In this document: positions 56,323 through 64,000 of the stretch, in pieces | How the letters are laid out: each line of letters opens with the position of its first letter | How positions within the stretch are numbered: the stretch's first letter is position 1 | From: Bacteroidales bacterium | GTDB taxonomy: Bacteria > Bacteroidota > Bacteroidia > Bacteroidales > WCHB1-69 | Length of the DNA stretch: 64,000 bases | Reading direction: 5' to 3' | Assembly (NCBI GenBank): GCA_024400775.1 | Contig: JAKSMF010000001.1 | Location: 1,297 to 65,296, forward strand | Notes under the pieces: generated by a model | What the model was told of the DNA's origin: nothing | What the model saw: only the letters and a program-made list of their open reading frames with translations | The model's database searches: none | Position numbers and translations under genes: made by a program

Positions 56323-59154
56323 ATGGGTGAAGAAAAGAAAATACCAAGATTAGGCGCAGCCGCCAAAGAATTTAACGTTGGAACAGGTACGATTGTAGAA
56401 CTCCTGCAAAAAGCGGGGTTGACAATCGAAGACAACCGCAACGTTAAGTTGACGGCTGAAATGTACGATGTGCTTGTCAAAAAATTGAGCGGTGAGAAGA
56501 AGGTGAAGGAGGATTCTCAAAAACTGGACATGGACATTTCGTACAACAAGCCGGGGGCCAACAAAACCGAGCCGGAAACAAAAGTCCAGCCGGTGGAAGA
56601 AGAGCCCGAAGTGATTCTGGTGAAAGGGAATACCATCGAAAAAGAGAGTATCAAGATTGAAGTCGCCAAACCGAAAGTGGTTGGAAAAATCGACTTAGAG
56701 CCCAAGAAACCAGAACCGAAGAAGGTCGAACCACAACCGGAAGAACCTGTTGCTGAACCCGAACCGGCAAAGGCTGTAGAGCCCGAACCCGTGGTGGAAG
56801 CACCTCAAAAAGAGGTAAAAGCCGAACCCGAGCACATCAGCATCAACATTAACGACTACACTCCCAAAGTCGTTGACAAAATCGACCTTAACGCCCAAAA
56901 GAAAAAAGCAGAAGCTAAGAAGGAAGAGCAACCGGCACCGGTAGAAGAAACCGTAGTTGAACCCGAACCGGTGGTGGAAGAACAAAAGCCCGAACCGGTA
57001 GAAGAAAAACCCGTCAAGCCGGCGGCTCCCGTACCGGAAAAGGTTGAACTGAAGGTTGAAAAACTGAAAGCTCCGAATATCGTCGGTAAAATCGACCTCT
57101 CTGCTATTCGCGACACCAGCAAACGTGCTCCTTCACCCGCCGCTGACCCGGCCGCTAAAAAGAAAAAGCGCAAACGTATCAAACAGGCACCTGTAAAGAC
57201 TGGTGAAGCAGTTCCAAAAGGCAAAAAGCCCGAACCAAAGATTGAGATTTCCGAAGAGGACATCCAACGCCAGATCAAAGAGACCATGTTGCGCCTCGAA
57301 CCCCTCGGAAAAACCAAGTCCTCCAAGAGAAGAAGAGAAAAACGTCAGCACATCCACGAAGAGATGCTGCAAGCCGAACAAGCTGAATTGGCACAGCAGA
57401 AAGTGCTGAAAGTCACTGAGTTCATTACGGCAAACGAACTTTCCACCTTGATGAACATCCCGGTGACGCAGATCATCTCTACCTGTATGAGCGTGGGACT
57501 GTTCGTCTCCATCAACCAACGTCTGAGTGCGGAAACCATCTCCCTGCTCGCCGAAGAATTCGGCTACGAAGTGGAATTCGTCGGCGTTGACGATGGCGCC
57601 GAAAACAAAGAGGCCGAAGATGGCGACAAACCGGAAGACCTCCAGCCCCGTCATCCCATCATCACCGTTATGGGTCACGTTGACCACGGTAAGACCTCTT
57701 TGCTGGACTACATCCGCAAGTCAAACGTCATCGCTGGCGAAGCGGGCGGTATCACCCAGCACATCGGTGCTTACGAAGTGACTTTGGCCGACGGCCGTAA
57801 AATCACCTTCCTTGATACGCCTGGCCACGAAGCATTTACCGCTATGCGTGCCCGTGGCGCGAAAATCACCGACTTGTGTATCATCGTCATTGCTGCCGAT
57901 GACTCCATCATGCCACAGACCGTGGAAGCCATCAATCACGCCCAAGCCGCTGGCGTTCCGATGGTATTCGCCATCACCAAAATCGACAAACCGCACGCCG
58001 CACCCGACAAAATCAAAGAGGGTTTGGCCAATATGAATATTTTGGTAGAAGACTGGGGCGGCCAGTACCAATGTCAGGAAATCGACGCCAAACACGGTAC
58101 CAACGTCAATGAGCTATTGGAAAAGGTACTTTTGGAGGCCGAAATTCTGGAACTCAAGGCCAACCCGAACCGTCCAGGTATCGGTACGGTCATCGAGTCA
58201 TCGTTGGACAAAGGAAAGGGTTATGTGGCCAAAGTGCTGATACAGAATGGTACGCTCAAAGTAGGAGATCCGATTTTGGCTGGCAGCTGCTACGGCAAGG
58301 TCAAGGCACTTTACAACGAACGTAACCAGCCCGTGAAGTCAGTAGGACCGGCATCACCGGTATTGCTGCTTGGTTTGGACGGCGCACCGCAGGCTGGCGA
58401 TGCCTTCAAGGTATGCGAATCCGAACAAGAGGCACGCACCACCGCCGCCAAACGCGCCCGCCTCATGCGTGAACAAGGTCTTCGTACTCAGAAACATATC
58501 ACATTGGACGAAATCGGCCGCCGTATCGCTATCGGCGACTTCAAAGAGCTCAACGTCATCGTCAAGGGCGACGTGGACGGCTCTGTGGAAGCTCTCTCCG
58601 ACAGCTTGATGAAGCTCTCCACCGACAAGATCCAAGTCAACGTCATCCACAAATCCGTTGGTCAGGTAACCGAAAGCGACGTCATGTTGGCCTCTGCTTC
58701 CGACGCCGTCATCGTAGCCTTCCAGGTACGTCCTTCCATCGGCGCACGCAAATTGGCGGAAAAGGAACAAATCGATATCCGTACCTATTCCATCATCTAC
58801 GACGCCATCGAAGAACTCAAGGCCGCTATGGAAAGCATGTTGGCACCGCAAATCCGCGAAAAGATTGTGGCCAACATCGAAATCAAAGAGGTCTTCAAGA
58901 TTTCGAAAGTGGGCAACGTGGCCGGCTGTATCGTGCTCGACGGCAAACTACAGCGCAATACGAAGGTGCGCCTGATTCGCGACGGTATCGTTATCTACAC
59001 CGGCAAACTCGGTTCCTTGCGTCGTTTCAAAGACGACGTCAAAGAAGTCGTCTCCGGTCAGGATTGCGGTATGAATATCGAGAACTTCAACGATATTAAG
59101 GTCGGCGACATCATCGAAGGTTACGAAGAATACGAAGAAAAAGCAACGTTATAA
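56323..59154 (+). CDS. infB: Translation initiation factor IF-2
   Basis: 943 aa. It has a Lys/Glu/Pro-rich N-terminal region and a GTPase core ([26 protein letters not shown]). Confidence 0.95.
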   Translation: MGEEKKIPRLGAAAKEFNVGTGTIVELLQKAGLTIEDNRNVKLTAEMYDVLVKKLSGEKKVKEDSQKLDMDISYNKPGANKTEPETKVQPVEEEPEVILVKGNTIEKESIKIEVAKPKVVGKIDLEPKKPEPKKVEPQPEEPVAEPEPAKAVEPEPVVEAPQKEVKAEPEHISININDYTPKVVDKIDLNAQKKKAEAKKEEQPAPVEETVVEPEPVVEEQKPEPVEEKPVKPAAPVPEKVELKVEKLKAPNIVGKIDLSAIRDTSKRAPSPAADPAAKKKKRKRIKQAPVKTGEAVPKGKKPEPKIEISEEDIQRQIKETMLRLEPLGKTKSSKRRREKRQHIHEEMLQAEQAELAQQKVLKVTEFITANELSTLMNIPVTQIISTCMSVGLFVSINQRLSAETISLLAEEFGYEVEFVGVDDGAENKEAEDGDKPEDLQPRHPIITVMGHVDHGKTSLLDYIRKSNVIAGEAGGITQHIGAYEVTLADGRKITFLDTPGHEAFTAMRARGAKITDLCIIVIAADDSIMPQTVEAINHAQAAGVPMVFAITKIDKPHAAPDKIKEGLANMNILVEDWGGQYQCQEIDAKHGTNVNELLEKVLLEAEILELKANPNRPGIGTVIESSLDKGKGYVAKVLIQNGTLKVGDPILAGSCYGKVKALYNERNQPVKSVGPASPVLLLGLDGAPQAGDAFKVCESEQEARTTAAKRARLMREQGLRTQKHITLDEIGRRIAIGDFKELNVIVKGDVDGSVEALSDSLMKLSTDKIQVNVIHKSVGQVTESDVMLASASDAVIVAFQVRPSIGARKLAEKEQIDIRTYSIIYDAIEELKAAMESMLAPQIREKIVANIEIKEVFKISKVGNVAGCIVLDGKLQRNTKVRLIRDGIVIYTGKLGSLRRFKDDVKEVVSGQDCGMNIENFNDIKVGDIIEGYEEYEEKATL

Positions 59155-59156
59155 GT

Positions 59157-59702
59157 ATGGCATTCTCCTTTTTCCATCCGCAGAAACCGCGCCAGTTTAC
59201 GTACGAACCGCGTTTTTATCGTCCTGAAGATGAGAAGGATGAAAATGGAAGAGAGCGTACCGAAGAAGAAAAACTAGCAATCAAATTAGAAAATTCATGG
59301 AGCAGCAAACGGACCGTGCGTTCTCGGCGCGGTCCGAACCGCTCCATCGTTTTTGTGGTGGCCATCACCGCACTTCTGATTTTTTTCATCAGTTCAAAAG
59401 CATTCACGCGAATGTTTGAAGTATTTGGCAAACAGCCCCAAGACAATGGCGTCGCCGCGACAGAACAACCTCAGCACTGGGTGGTTACCGACTCCACCGG
59501 CATCCGTGACACCATTTACAAAGGCAATATCGGTGGGATTTTCTCCAACCGCATCGACTCTTTGGCAATGCTCGGCTTCTTGGGTGAATTTGGCGATAAC
59601 GAACAAATGAAAAAGAAGTTGGGCGACGAATACGAGATGGTAAAAATGAGAATGGACCAATTAAACGAAGAGTATGAGCGAACCTGTGAACAAGCCCAGT
59701 GA
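59157..59702 (+). CDS. Hypothetical single-pass membrane protein
   Basis: 181 aa with a basic stretch (SWSSKRTVRSRRGPNR) followed by a TM segment (SIVFVVAITALLIFFI). It starts 2 nt after the infB stop codon. Confidence 0.5.
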   Translation: MAFSFFHPQKPRQFTYEPRFYRPEDEKDENGRERTEEEKLAIKLENSWSSKRTVRSRRGPNRSIVFVVAITALLIFFISSKAFTRMFEVFGKQPQDNGVAATEQPQHWVVTDSTGIRDTIYKGNIGGIFSNRIDSLAMLGFLGEFGDNEQMKKKLGDEYEMVKMRMDQLNEEYERTCEQAQ

Positions 59703-59853
59703 AGAAGCGCAGCGTTTCGGCGAACGTCTGCATGGCTCTTGGTCGCGTAAGCGCAAGAGAAGCAACACCAAAGGAATGTGGTATCAAATCGCCCTCATCG
59801 CTGCCGGCATCATCCTTATCGCCGCCATGATTTACCTTTGGGTAACGATATAG
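59674..59853 (+). CDS. Small (59 aa) tail-anchored membrane protein, absent from the ORF track
   Basis: The translation is MSEPVNKPSEEAQRFGERLHGSWSRKRKRSNTKGMWYQIALIAAGIILIAAMIYLWVTI, ending at TAG 59851-59853. It overlaps the upstream ORF by 29 nt and shares the SWS-basic-TM layout with it. Confidence 0.4.
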   Translation: MSEPVNKPSEEAQRFGERLHGSWSRKRKRSNTKGMWYQIALIAAGIILIAAMIYLWVTI

Positions 59854-59879
59854 TTACTAAGGCATACTCCAAATGCCCA

Positions 59880-60743
59880 CTACTCGGAATAGTAGTATTC
59901 GTCAAAATCCATCTCCCAGCGTTCTGTAATGCCCTTGTAGGTAATTTCGATATGCTTCGGTGCCAATACCGTGGCGCTGACATTCACATCCTCTTTATCT
60001 TGCATAGAAGCGGTAATTGAAATCTGGCCACTCGACCACTGCAAAATGTCGTTGAAATTCTGGTACATCGGATGATCAATGGTGTATGTCATCGTGATGG
60101 GTGTGGGATCCTGTTCACCCTCATCATGCCATCGACTCAGACTGGAAAAGCGATAACTGCCATCTCCCGTCAAGATGAATTTGTCACTATATAGATCAAG
60201 CGGCGTGGAAGCCGTAGCAGCCGCCAGCGTCCAGTTGATGTTAACCCCGTCAAATGAATCTTCGTGCGCCTCAATTCCCCACTGATAATTTCCCAAATAA
60301 CTGATCGTCATCTCTTTTGCGCCTTTCACATCCGTAAAGTCGGGTAGGACATAGGGATGACCATAGTATGAAAATTCGCTACCGGAATAAAAGCAGGTCA
60401 GAATCCATTGCGCCCCTTCGACATCAATATTGGTGCCTTGCGTATTGATTCTCAGCAACAACTGCGCATTGTGATATACGCCGTAAATACTTTCGCCATC
60501 CTGCCGAATGCGCAAATCCGGGAAATAGTTGTCTTCAATGGCACGACGCACATGCTCGTTGCCGTTGAGCCACGCATTGAAATGAAATGCGGGATTGATA
60601 ATGTCCTCCATCACAATGGCCGTACCCATGTGCCAAGAACCACAAATCGTTTTGCCACGATTAGTGAGCATCCCATGGTTGTCCTTACCACAGCCAACAC
60701 ATGCAACTATCAGTATAACAAGTATATATTGTAATTTTCTCAT
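59880..60743 (-). CDS. Hypothetical lipoprotein
   Basis: 287 aa with a lipobox (ILIVACVGCGKD). I recognise no family. Confidence 0.55.
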   Translation of the reverse strand: MRKLQYILVILIVACVGCGKDNHGMLTNRGKTICGSWHMGTAIVMEDIINPAFHFNAWLNGNEHVRRAIEDNYFPDLRIRQDGESIYGVYHNAQLLLRINTQGTNIDVEGAQWILTCFYSGSEFSYYGHPYVLPDFTDVKGAKEMTISYLGNYQWGIEAHEDSFDGVNINWTLAAATASTPLDLYSDKFILTGDGSYRFSSLSRWHDEGEQDPTPITMTYTIDHPMYQNFNDILQWSSGQISITASMQDKEDVNVSATVLAPKHIEITYKGITERWEMDFDEYYYSE

Positions 60744-60768
60744 GATTGAAAAATATTAATAAACGTAA

Positions 60769-61431
60769 CTATTTGCGTTTTCCGTTGAAACGATAACCGA
60801 AGCCGCCGCTGATAATGCCCTGCATCCCAAAGCCGAGCTCCGCAAAACCATACCATTTCTTTCCCGCCTTCACCCCAAACGTAGTGAGCTGAAAACCAAT
60901 CATATCAACAAGTATGTACCGTTGATTCATCCCCGTGCTTGTTTCAAAATAGGAACCCGCATCAAAACCTAAGCCAACCGACAAACCCGAATAAAAGGTG
61001 ACATATTTGCGATTAAGCCAAGTAAACATCACCGAAGGCATAATGCTGATTACATTGCTGTTGTTGAATCCCATACGTTCTCCGCTAATGCGGTCATACA
61101 TATTTTGATGAGTGGAAACAAGCGAAACTGTCGCGCCCACCCAGCACCACTTTGCCACACGATAGCGGTAACTAACTGTTATTGCGGGAGATATGAATTT
61201 TGTTCCTGAATACACATCGGAATAAAACCACTCTCTCGCAGATGATTGCTCCCAGAAAAAGGTTTGATAACCTAAGCCGAACTCCCCGGTAAACAGACAA
61301 GGAAGCAAGGGATCGCCAATGCCAACTTGGATTTCATGACGCGGAAGCTGTTTCCACGCCGCAATCGTGTCCTGCGCCATCGCCGCTACCGACAAACTGG
61401 CAAGCACAAAAAATAAAGCCAATTTTTTCAT
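60769..61431 (-). CDS. Outer-membrane beta-barrel (porin-family-like) protein
   Basis: About 220 aa counted from MKKLALFFVLASLSVAAMAQ. It shows an alternating aromatic/Gly beta-strand pattern. Confidence 0.55.
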   Translation of the reverse strand: MKKLALFFVLASLSVAAMAQDTIAAWKQLPRHEIQVGIGDPLLPCLFTGEFGLGYQTFFWEQSSAREWFYSDVYSGTKFISPAITVSYRYRVAKWCWVGATVSLVSTHQNMYDRISGERMGFNNSNVISIMPSVMFTWLNRKYVTFYSGLSVGLGFDAGSYFETSTGMNQRYILVDMIGFQLTTFGVKAGKKWYGFAELGFGMQGIISGGFGYRFNGKRK

Positions 61432-61619
61432 AAAAAACGTTTGCATAATTAACGAGCTAAAATATATTTTATTGCACAACTTTTTCAACGAGCAGCAAAT
61501 TTATTTCAATAAAATTTGCTTTTCAGGGCGAACCACAAGCAATAGCTCCCCCACACTATCGGTAATATGCCCCCCGTTTTGCTTTTGCCTTGACCGATAA
61601 AATATTCCGAAATTTTGTG

Positions 61620-61627
61620 TAATTTTG
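61620..61627 (+). promoter_or_regulatory. -7 box TAatTTTG for ffh
   Basis: The context is TAATTTTGcacc. It overlaps the TTG ORF-track start (61625) and lies 28 nt upstream of the ATG at 61655. Confidence 0.5.
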
Positions 61628-61654
61628 CACCTTCAAAATTTAACGATAAAAACT

Positions 61655-62989
61655 ATGTTTGACAGCTTAAGTGACCGATTAGAACGGGCGTTCAAAGTCC
61701 TCAAAGGACAAGGTAAAATTACGGACATCAACGTGGCCGAAACGATGAAAGAGGTGCGAAAAGCACTTTTGGACGCTGACGTCAGCTATAAAATCGCAAA
61801 GGAATTTACCGACAACGTAAAGAACAAAGCGCTTGGTATGAACGTGTTAAAAGCCGTTTCGCCGAGCCAGATGATGGTGAAGATCACTTACGACGAACTC
61901 ATCTCCTTGATGGGTGTCACCGCCGAAGATATCAACATCAACGCCAATCCCGCTGTGATTTTGATGGCTGGTTTGCAGGGTTCCGGTAAAACCACCCACG
62001 CCGCGAAATTGGCCAACATGCTGAAAAACAAGCGCAAACGCAAACCCATCCTCGTTGCTGGCGACGTTTACCGTCCCGCCGCTATTGACCAGTTGAAGGT
62101 TTTGGGCGAGCAGCTTGAAATTCCTGTTTACACGGAAGAAGGTTCCAAGAAACCCGTCGAGATCGCCAAAAACGCCGTCGCCTACGCCAAAGCCAACGGC
62201 TACGACGTAGTCATCGTCGATACCGCCGGCCGTTTGGCCGTGGATGAAGAGATGATGGACGAAATCGGCAACATCAAAGACGCCGTCAACCCGCACGAAA
62301 TCCTCTTTGTGGTGGATGCTATGACCGGTCAGGATGCCGTGAACACAGCAAAGGCCTTCAACGACAAACTCAACTTCGACGGTGTAATCCTCACCAAGAT
62401 GGACGGTGACACCCGCGGTGGTGCGGCCCTTACCATCAAGGCGGTGGTCAACAAGCCCATCAAGTTCATCGGTACCGGTGAAAAAATGGAAGCATTGGAT
62501 GTCTTCCACCCCGACCGCATGGCCGAACGCATCCTCGGCATGGGCGACATCCGCTCGTTCGTTGAAACCGCCCAGGCGCAATTCGACGAAGAAGAGGCCG
62601 CCAAACTCCAAAAGAAACTTGCCAAGAACCAGTTTGACTTCAACGACTTCCTGAACCAGATTCAGCAAATCAAGAAAATGGGCAATGTGAAGGAGCTGAT
62701 GGGCATGATTCCTGGTATGGGTAAGGCCGTACGCGACCTTGACATCGACGAAAACGCCTTCAAAAGCGTAGAAGCCATCATCCTTTCCATGACCCCGGAA
62801 GAACGCGAAAATCCTGATGTCATCAACGGCAGCCGCAAAAAGCGTATTGCTCTCGGTAGTGGTACTGACATTCAAGAAGTTAATCGTCTTGTCAAGCAGT
62901 TCTACGACACTCGCAAAATGATGAAGATGGTAAACTCCGGCAAAGCCAAAAATCTGATGGCCGCTTTAAGCGCACGCAAGAGAAGATAA
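61655..62989 (+). CDS. ffh: Signal recognition particle protein Ffh
   Basis: About 444 aa counted from MFDSLSDRLERAFKVLKG, with GLQGSGKTT, DTAGR, TKMDGDTRGG and a Met-rich M domain. Confidence 0.95.
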   Translation: MFDSLSDRLERAFKVLKGQGKITDINVAETMKEVRKALLDADVSYKIAKEFTDNVKNKALGMNVLKAVSPSQMMVKITYDELISLMGVTAEDININANPAVILMAGLQGSGKTTHAAKLANMLKNKRKRKPILVAGDVYRPAAIDQLKVLGEQLEIPVYTEEGSKKPVEIAKNAVAYAKANGYDVVIVDTAGRLAVDEEMMDEIGNIKDAVNPHEILFVVDAMTGQDAVNTAKAFNDKLNFDGVILTKMDGDTRGGAALTIKAVVNKPIKFIGTGEKMEALDVFHPDRMAERILGMGDIRSFVETAQAQFDEEEAAKLQKKLAKNQFDFNDFLNQIQQIKKMGNVKELMGMIPGMGKAVRDLDIDENAFKSVEAIILSMTPEERENPDVINGSRKKRIALGSGTDIQEVNRLVKQFYDTRKMMKMVNSGKAKNLMAALSARKRR

Positions 62990-63024
62990 AATAGTTAGTT
63001 TATTAAGTTGGTAAGGTTTGCAGA

Positions 63025-63375
63025 GGTGCGGGAAGGTAATCCTGGATTTTCTGCCAACCACAACGAATGGTTCATCTCCGTAAGAGATTACGCCATAGTT
63101 CAGTGTATGTTCAGGTAGCAATTTGCGAAAGTGCATGCCTCTTTTTTCTGCATGCGCGGCACGCTGGGAGTCAGATAAGAGTCGGTAATGTGCTTGCCGC
63201 GCAACGGTGCAAACATCGGCCCGGAGGAATGCGGCCGGGATTGCAGCGAGCACGAGGCGCACGCGGTTGTCAACGGCAGCCGAAGCGCAAGAGCGACCAA
63301 CGGAAGCTACTTGCGCGACCTGCTGCCGAAACAAACGCGAAGGCGAGTAAAGCGGAAGGTCCGACCGCCGACCAC
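63025..63375. ncRNA. Candidate unclassified structured RNA (GC-rich, ORF-free island)
   Basis: No credible CDS: four overlapping Arg-rich ORFs in different frames. By my count 63151-63370 is about 64% GC, against about 33% for 63381-63480. Nested helices: GGCAGC 63275-80 with GCTGCC 63322-27 encloses GCGCAAG 63285-91 with CTTGCGC 63310-16. Other helices: GTGCATGC 63131-38 with GCATGCGC 63150-57; GCGGCA 63156-61 with TGCCGC 63195-200; AACCA/TGGTT 63056-72; ATCTC/GAGAT 63074-88. A near-consensus -7 box (TAAGGTTTGcag, 63012-63023) lies on the plus strand. Strand and ends are unresolved. Confidence 0.35.
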
Positions 63376-63516
63376 AAAAATCTTATACAAATAGATGAAT
63401 TTCAGATGTTTGCGAGCTTTTTATCACCAAATTTGACCATTAAGGCAAACTTTTATTGGGACCGATAACTTCGAAATGACTACTTTTCAATCGTGCGTGA
63501 AGCACAAATCTTCTCA

Positions 63517-64000
63517 CTAAAGTGATAGGTTTCCAAATTGGCACATAATATCTTCAAAGTCAGAAATATTCGGTTGTTGTAGAAGATAATCCGCGCCGGC
63601 ATCGACGAGTTCATCACGACTGCGGAACCCCCACAATACTCCGATTTTCGTCAGTCGGGCATTTGCTGCCGTAAGCATATCCACATTGCTATCACCGACA
63701 TAGAGCGTGGTTTCATTCGTTTCGCGCGTTTTCTTCATGATTTCAAGCACCATATCTGGCGAGGGTTTAGGATTTGCCCCTGGCTTATGTCCCAACACCA
63801 CGTCAAAACGGATGGTAGGAAAATAGTGTTGCATCAGTGGTTCCATCGCTTCGTGCGCTTTATTGGAAGCCACGGCCAACTTTATGCCTTTATTCTGAAG
63901 CCATTCCAGCAGCTTAATTATGCCATTATATGGCATAGTTTTATCCATTTTATGAGCGGAATAATAGGCCATAAATTCCTGAAAAAGCGATTCTAAATCT
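63517..64000 (-). CDS. HAD-superfamily hydrolase (phosphoglycolate phosphatase-like), 5' end beyond the window
   Basis: It has HAD motifs III/IV (LAVASNK, YVGDSNVDMLTAANA). The frame stays open upstream of the ATG at 63972 to the window edge, and the N-terminal DxD motif is missing, so the gene is truncated by the window. Confidence 0.8.
   Translation of the reverse strand, partial: DLESLFQEFMAYYSAHKMDKTMPYNGIIKLLEWLQNKGIKLAVASNKAHEAMEPLMQHYFPTIRFDVVLGHKPGANPKPSPDMVLEIMKKTRETNETTLYVGDSNVDMLTAANARLTKIGVLWGFRSRDELVDAGADYLLQQPNISDFEDIMCQFGNLSL

Noticed and set aside
63025-63375. Known RNA classes considered for the GC-rich island: RNase P RNA, tmRNA, SRP/4.5S RNA and the cobalamin riboswitch.
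   Set aside because: Neither strand contains GGAAAGTCCGG or ACAGAAnCCGGCTTA (RNase P). There is no tRNA-like GGTTCGA...CCACCA end or tag ORF (tmRNA). There is no GGTCCGGAAGGAAGCAGCC hairpin (SRP); only a loose GGAAGGTCCG is present. There is no GCCACTG B12 box, and no downstream gene in the correct orientation for a riboswitch. The call is therefore left unclassified rather than forced.
1-64000. Mobile elements, prophage, integrative elements next to the three tRNA genes, and defence islands.
   Set aside because: I found no integrase, transposase, relaxase, phage structural or restriction/abortive-infection-like proteins in any of the translated ORFs. No tRNA 3'-end direct repeats (att sites) were seen near 8528, 27416 or 54864. 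The tRNA flanks are ordinary housekeeping genes.

Overview
This window looks like a 64 kb chromosomal core segment from a Bacteroidota genome, probably Bacteroidales. The assignment rests on three things. The Bacteroidetes -7 promoter box TAnnTTTG sits 20-100 nt upstream of most operons and 12 nt upstream of two tRNAs. Leaders are AT-rich and lack Shine-Dalgarno sequences. The gene content is typical: an exbB-exbD-exbD cluster, lptD-like/GT9/lpxK envelope genes, FISUMP-domain proteins, and DPP-IV/PepT/C69 peptidases. I call about 57 protein-coding genes, 3 tRNAs (Ser-GGA, Gly-CCC, Gln-TTG), several clear intrinsic terminators and a set of promoter boxes. I found no integrase, transposase, CRISPR array, prophage or recognisable defence genes, so most of the window is ordinary housekeeping. 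Six things deserve a second look. (1) A ~350 nt GC-rich, helix-rich, ORF-free island at about 63025-63375, between ffh and a HAD hydrolase gene, lies in a genome whose other spacers are AT-rich. It is a candidate unclassified structured RNA. (2) An sppA / steroid-5-alpha-reductase-like / Old-Yellow-Enzyme-like operon resembles the 5-alpha/5-beta reductase pairing of gut Bacteroidales bile-acid pathways. (3) Two FISUMP proteins are adjacent; one has three coiled-coil+FISUMP modules and 53-bp perfect internal repeats. (4) A family of 7-bp tandem microsatellites, (YRGGAAG)n and its complement, sits at gene 3' ends. (5) Long poly-A tracts occur inside the lptD-like gene (A15) and at the TTG start of an exbD paralog (A11). 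(6) Short perfect direct repeats lie just upstream of an ECF sigma gene and an O-methyltransferase gene. All protein calls come from motif recognition by eye on the supplied translations. No database search was run, and start codons and domain borders are approximate.
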